Origin: Bacteroidota bacterium
GTDB lineage: Bacteria > Bacteroidota > Bacteroidia > Bacteroidales > TTA-H9
Length of the DNA: 64,000 bases
Direction of reading: 5' to 3'
Assembly: GCA_003250395.1 (NCBI GenBank)
Contig: QKGM01000004.1
Coordinates: forward strand, 38,646-102,645
Shown here: piece by piece, positions 59,667 to 64,000 of the stretch
Numbering within the stretch: position 1 is the first letter of the stretch
Layout: each line of letters starts with the position of its first letter
Notes under the pieces: generated by a model
Databases searched by the model: none
What the model was told of the DNA's origin: nothing
Seen by the model: only the letters and a program-made list of their open reading frames with translations
Position numbers and translations under genes: made by a program

Positions 59667-61064
59667 TCAGTTGCCCTTGTCTTTCAAAAAAACAAGAGCT
59701 GTCTCGAGTGCTGTATCCTTACCTTTACGAAAGTCATCCAGGGTAAGATGCGACTCTATATCAGGCTTTATCCCTTTACCAACAAACTCGCGGCCATCCG
59801 GGTACATATCTTTTTTTGAACAAATTGACAGATAACCCCCATAGGGGAGATTCCAAACGACAGGATTTCCTGTACTGCCGGCTGTTGTTTCTCCGATCAG
59901 CGTAATGTGCTTTTGATTGTCGCAGAATACCAGAAAATCCTCGGCTGCAGAATAGGTCTGATGACCTATCAGAATCACTGTTGGCACAACGAGACGTTCG
60001 CGATTGACATTAAAAGTGAAATTAGCCTCTCCACCTTTCTCAAAATACTTATGATTCGCAATTTTATATAGCATTGCATTTTCGGCATTTCCAATAGTAT
60101 CCTTCAGATTAATATTCTGTCCCCACGACATAAGATCGGGTTTATGCACCCGAGTATACCATGTTGCACCAACAAGGTCATTATCAGGAGACAACAAGCT
60201 TAGTATCTGTGCTGCATAACCTGAATTTCCTCCCCTATTGTTGCGAATATCTATGATAAGTCGTTTCGCATGTTTAACAAGTTCGGGAAAAATAGCCTCG
60301 AAGTCATCAACAGTCTGTTTATCGTTAAATGAATTGATAACAACATAAGCAATATCATTAGGATACCATTTTAGCTCTACAAATTTCCACTCCTTATCTG
60401 CAGGAACTAAAGGGTCATTTTTAAATTCGGGTAGAATATCGTGAATTGTATGTGTTCTAATCTCCTCTCCATTGGGCGTCAGAAAAGTAATATCATAAGA
60501 GTCATATCTCAGTGAAGTGAAAATTTTACTTATTGACTCATCAAGTAAATGGTGCCTGGTTGAGGAACTTATGTAAGGCTCAACCATTTTTTCAATATAC
60601 TCAGCAGTCGGCATACCGTTTACTTCAACAATCTCGCTACCAACCGGTATCCAATCGCTCTGTTTGCTGCTGATTTGAGAGACCATAGCCCGTCCTTCAA
60701 CCGGCTTAACAACAATCTGAAACTTGTCGAAAAAGGTTGTAACAGTAGGATTGTATTCGTAATAAACATATGAATGCCCATCTCTTAGCATAGCACAGTA
60801 ACGGCTTAATAAACGATAGCATTCGTTATCGCTTTTAGATTCCATAACAGTCTCAATCAATGTCAGATATAAGCTATCCCAAGCTTTCTCTCCTATATTG
60901 TCCAAAAACGCCGCATTATATTTAGCCTCTGACCATACTTTCGATAGCGCATACACCTTATCTTCAGTGGTCATATAGGTATTAATTTTGTATGAGATAC
61001 GCTGTTGTGCGTTACTCATAATTATTGATGAGAAAAGGAACACGGCAATTATTAATTTCTTCAT
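59667..61064 (-). CDS. S41 family peptidase, secreted
   Basis: Signal peptide, IIDIRNNRGGNSGYA and TYSAAEDF motifs of the S41 (tail-specific protease-like) family. Confidence 0.8.
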   Translation of the reverse strand: MKKLIIAVFLFSSIIMSNAQQRISYKINTYMTTEDKVYALSKVWSEAKYNAAFLDNIGEKAWDSLYLTLIETVMESKSDNECYRLLSRYCAMLRDGHSYVYYEYNPTVTTFFDKFQIVVKPVEGRAMVSQISSKQSDWIPVGSEIVEVNGMPTAEYIEKMVEPYISSSTRHHLLDESISKIFTSLRYDSYDITFLTPNGEEIRTHTIHDILPEFKNDPLVPADKEWKFVELKWYPNDIAYVVINSFNDKQTVDDFEAIFPELVKHAKRLIIDIRNNRGGNSGYAAQILSLLSPDNDLVGATWYTRVHKPDLMSWGQNINLKDTIGNAENAMLYKIANHKYFEKGGEANFTFNVNRERLVVPTVILIGHQTYSAAEDFLVFCDNQKHITLIGETTAGSTGNPVVWNLPYGGYLSICSKKDMYPDGREFVGKGIKPDIESHLTLDDFRKGKDTALETALVFLKDKGN

Positions 61065-61503
61065 CTAAATCCAGTATTAAAATTATAAACCCATTAGAAT
61101 TTATAACTCATCATTATATCAATTATTGCAATCGGTATCAGCTTTATACCAAGCGAAAAAGGAATCACGATCGCACTTTCTTACCCGCTTCCAGCAGAAT
61201 TTTAACTCGAATAGTAAATTATAATAATCCTGGTGATATTGTGTCGGAAAAATTCAAAAGATTAATGGTTGCATTCCCTAGAATTTCCGATACAGGTTGT
61301 CTGATTAATCGCTTTTATCCCAATATCGGAAATTAATAAGAATAACAAAAATCCAGGGGTTATATGTATGCGTCTGTTTTCCATCTTAATGAGCCCAAAC
61401 GGTAAACTGAATGATTAGTAGTCAATTGCTTGGCAATATCCTGTAAAACTACTACACAATTTGATCGGGCTACAACCCCTGATAATAGTTACTTTACCTG
61501 CCA

Positions 61504-62751
61504 TTACTTATACAAAATGCCGGCATCCGTTATTTTTAGTTCACAATGTTTTTGCCTACCTATATCATCATTAAACTCAATGTCTTGCAGAAGATAATGA
61601 TACTTCTCGTATCTCTTGTCTGACTTTAATCTATCAACTACCTGTATCAATCGGCTCTGAATTGTTTTTGTGCTATGCATTAAATTTCTCCTAAAATTTG
61701 ATTTTTCTCTTTCATATTCTGTGTAATGTTCCCGCTCATTCCAGTTAATCCGTGGAGCTGTAAATAAAGAAATCTGTTCCGATAAAATCTCGAAAAGCAA
61801 TTCTGTTTCTTTACTATCAACGTCATGTTTTAGAATCTGCTCGTATATGTTTTCAGGCAAAGCATAAGACCAATTTTTGTCTCTGTCTTGATGACGACCG
61901 TAAAAATACAATCCGTGTTTATTCATGTTATGTATTACAATCTTTTCAAGTATCAACGTATCAAGCGGAACAATCTTTTCAGTTTGAAAAGCATGTTTTA
62001 AGCTTAGCACTAAATCAGCTGTCCGCTCGGCATACTTTTTTCTTAAAATCTGTTTGGTTGAATCGCGGAAAAATATGCCATGTATTTTTGCTTTGTCAAA
62101 TTCTGAGTCAATGTAATCAAATCGTTGTTTGTTTTGAGAGTAGTAACTTTGATTTAAAATATCTCTGTCTGCGTAAGTGGTTTTATATAAGTAAAAAGTT
62201 GTTAGAATGTAAAATACAATTGAAAGTAAAACCCAATAACGTGTTCTAAAAATCATTCGAATCGTATTCCAATGTGCGAAAAACACATAAATCGGAATTA
62301 ATACAAATATTAACCAGAAGTCATTTAATAAATCAAGGTGTCCATCGTATCCCTGCGAACCGTAGACGATTAAAGGCAAAATCGAACCAAATCTTGCGAC
62401 TAACATCAACGTAACAAAGGTGATTAAACAAGCATTTGAAATTGTGAAAGTTTTTAAGTATCGTTTTCTGATATTTTTATTTCTACCTCGTAACCAATAA
62501 ATAATAGTAAATCCAAATCCAAGGCTTGTTGCAAGGGATGCAAAAAACAAATCATAAAGTCTGAATTCTTTTTCAGTCAGAATATATGGGTCGGCCATAA
62601 AAGTTATCATTCTCAACGATTCTCTCGAATAATTGAAAAAGTAACTCAAAACAAAAGCAATCAGAATTCCGATAATTGTACCAGTCCAAAATTGTCTTTT
62701 GCCAAGGTTATCAATCGATATTTCTGGTTTTATAAATCCTTTGGTTAACAT
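61504..62751 (-). CDS. Multi-TM membrane protein with a charged C-terminal soluble domain, unknown function
   Basis: 415 aa. About five hydrophobic segments lie in the first 190 aa, followed by a K/E/R-rich region of about 220 aa. It sits in low-GC context. I recognised no family. Confidence 0.55.
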   Translation of the reverse strand: MLTKGFIKPEISIDNLGKRQFWTGTIIGILIAFVLSYFFNYSRESLRMITFMADPYILTEKEFRLYDLFFASLATSLGFGFTIIYWLRGRNKNIRKRYLKTFTISNACLITFVTLMLVARFGSILPLIVYGSQGYDGHLDLLNDFWLIFVLIPIYVFFAHWNTIRMIFRTRYWVLLSIVFYILTTFYLYKTTYADRDILNQSYYSQNKQRFDYIDSEFDKAKIHGIFFRDSTKQILRKKYAERTADLVLSLKHAFQTEKIVPLDTLILEKIVIHNMNKHGLYFYGRHQDRDKNWSYALPENIYEQILKHDVDSKETELLFEILSEQISLFTAPRINWNEREHYTEYEREKSNFRRNLMHSTKTIQSRLIQVVDRLKSDKRYEKYHYLLQDIEFNDDIGRQKHCELKITDAGILYK

Positions 62752-62808
62752 TTGCAGTGTCTTTCATTTAATGGGTACCAACGGTGGCAATAGCCGGGCG
62801 TTTTTCTT

Positions 62809-63711
62809 TCAGTCATTTATTACGATATATCTTGTTGTCAAATACTTGATCCAATTTTTGAAGTTGTCGTCAGGGCAATATTTGTTAAGTAAAGCAAAGA
62901 AATTTTCATAAGTCAAAGCAATAAATCTATTGTCATTTTGAATCAGCAAGTCAATGTATTCTTTGCTTGTCTTTATAAAATGTGAATTGTCAGACGGAAA
63001 TAAGGTTAAGGAAGTGAAGTGCTGAAATTTATCACTGTCAACAAGCAATATGCTCTCGCCAAGAATGTGGTTTCTCCATACTTGCCGAAATTTGTCAGTC
63101 GATAAATCTTTTATAGCATCTGGTTTGTAAAGTCCTGATTTTTTGGTAACAGAATAATAAGGTGAGTTTTTATCTTTAACGTCTTTCTCTTGTTTGGATT
63201 TTGTCGGAAGTTTATACTCTTTTTCTGTGTATTTTACTTCAATTCCAATCATTCCTTTTGTCCCGTCTGAATTTGTGTATTCAATGTATGTGTCAAACGA
63301 AGTTCCGTCATTAAGATATTTCTCTTTCGGTTTTGGTGCATATTCAATTACAATTTTGTCAATGGAATTGATGCGTGATTTTAAAATGTCGGCAATAACG
63401 TTTTTACAAAAATTTCTGTCTTTGTCTAAAGGAATGAATATGTTGAACGGAATATGTTCACTTCTAAGCAAGTTCGAATAGAGTGGTTTGTTGTACTTGC
63501 GATATTTTTTAACTGCATCAAAAATTCCGAAGTCGTCATAAAAATTCCTACCATTCTCTCCATCTTCTCTGGTCAGATAGTTACCATAAGTGTCAAATGG
63601 TAAGTCAAGATACTTTGCCCTAAAGATTGATTGATGAAGTCTTGCCCGTCTGAGAAAACCGCTTGGGTCAGTCCTGTCGTCTTTTGAATATTGCTTTCCT
63701 ATTTCTTGCAT
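62809..63711 (-). CDS. PD-(D/E)xK-like nuclease (putative restriction-endonuclease-like protein)
   Basis: SFDTYIEY...GMIGIEVKYTE fits a D...ExK core, with FRQVWRNH following. Low-GC context. Confidence 0.5.
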   Translation of the reverse strand: MQEIGKQYSKDDRTDPSGFLRRARLHQSIFRAKYLDLPFDTYGNYLTREDGENGRNFYDDFGIFDAVKKYRKYNKPLYSNLLRSEHIPFNIFIPLDKDRNFCKNVIADILKSRINSIDKIVIEYAPKPKEKYLNDGTSFDTYIEYTNSDGTKGMIGIEVKYTEKEYKLPTKSKQEKDVKDKNSPYYSVTKKSGLYKPDAIKDLSTDKFRQVWRNHILGESILLVDSDKFQHFTSLTLFPSDNSHFIKTSKEYIDLLIQNDNRFIALTYENFFALLNKYCPDDNFKNWIKYLTTRYIVIND

Positions 63712-63866
63712 AGTCGCATGATTTGCTGTCTTTTAAATGCCCCATAATGGTTAAGGCTATATACAGTAATGGATTGCTGATTTCTTTTCTGTCTGCCGAC
63801 ACAAAATTTCTATGCGGGGCAGAATGTTTTAATAACCACTGAAACCCTTATTGCATAGAGCCTGTG

Positions 63867-64000
63867 TTACCTGCTGGCATTTTCTAACTTACTTCTCAAT
63901 TCGCTTTGATATGTTTCCATAAATTTGCTTAAGTTCATAAAAGTATATCCAACTACTCGTATCAGCGGATTTTTATATGTTATTAGTTCTGTTGCTGTAA
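63867..64000 (-). CDS. 3' end of an ORF running off the window (unknown function)
   Basis: Hand translation of the minus strand gives ..TATELITYKNPLIRVVGYTFMNLSKFMETYQSELRSKLENASR followed by a stop (tta at 63867-63869). It is not in the supplied track because it is truncated. Confidence 0.3.
   Translation of the reverse strand, partial: TATELITYKNPLIRVVGYTFMNLSKFMETYQSELRSKLENASR

Noticed and set aside
1-64000. CRISPR arrays, rRNA or tRNA genes, transposases, integrases and prophage genes
   Set aside because: I saw no regularly spaced repeats of 25-40 nt, no conserved rRNA or tRNA strings, and no ORF with recombinase or transposase motifs on either strand.

Overview
This is a 64-kb chromosomal segment that looks Bacteroidota-like. 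Eight ORFs end in a type-A T9SS C-terminal sorting domain (...YPNP...), several genes have TAnnTTTG -7 boxes, and there is a GGGP-synthase homologue. I found no rRNA, tRNA, CRISPR array, transposase or integrase.

Housekeeping content:
- A tsaB-purN-radical SAM-unknown-SDR gene string (10.1-14.3 kb).
- A metH-metF operon behind a SAM-I riboswitch with terminator (41.3-46.3 kb).
- Tryptophanase, pdxH, a photolyase/cryptochrome, and a GGGP-synthase homologue.

Accessory content:
- A tandem T9SS cargo cluster (15.2-24.2 kb): a 1614-aa gingipain-like C25 cysteine peptidase followed by two paralogous cargo proteins with a WCQYCP thioredoxin-like motif.
- Five further T9SS cargo genes.
- A sigma-54 NtrC/NtrB-type pair divergent from a double-FtsX ABC permease that carries a good -24/-12 motif.
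- An OmpR-type two-component pair.
- A small His-rich protein, cytochrome b561 and CDF operon.
- A low-GC tail (about 59.9-64 kb) with a PD-(D/E)xK-like nuclease and a multi-TM protein.

The most unusual signal is non-coding. A module of about 300 bp occurs twice (3488-3819 and 38696-38980), each time inside an abnormally long ORF-free gap. Over about 167 nt the two copies align with no indel. They share a perfect palindromic 11-mer (TATCAAAGATA, a -7 box on the minus strand), 11-bp phased short repeats and a TGGCAY -24-like element. Copy A is bracketed by a 13/16 inverted repeat.

Other items flagged: two paralogous 82-aa proteins with a conserved C-terminal anchor-like motif, and several helically phased repeat arrays in intergenic regions. 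All functional calls come from reading the translations and recalling family motifs. No database search was run.
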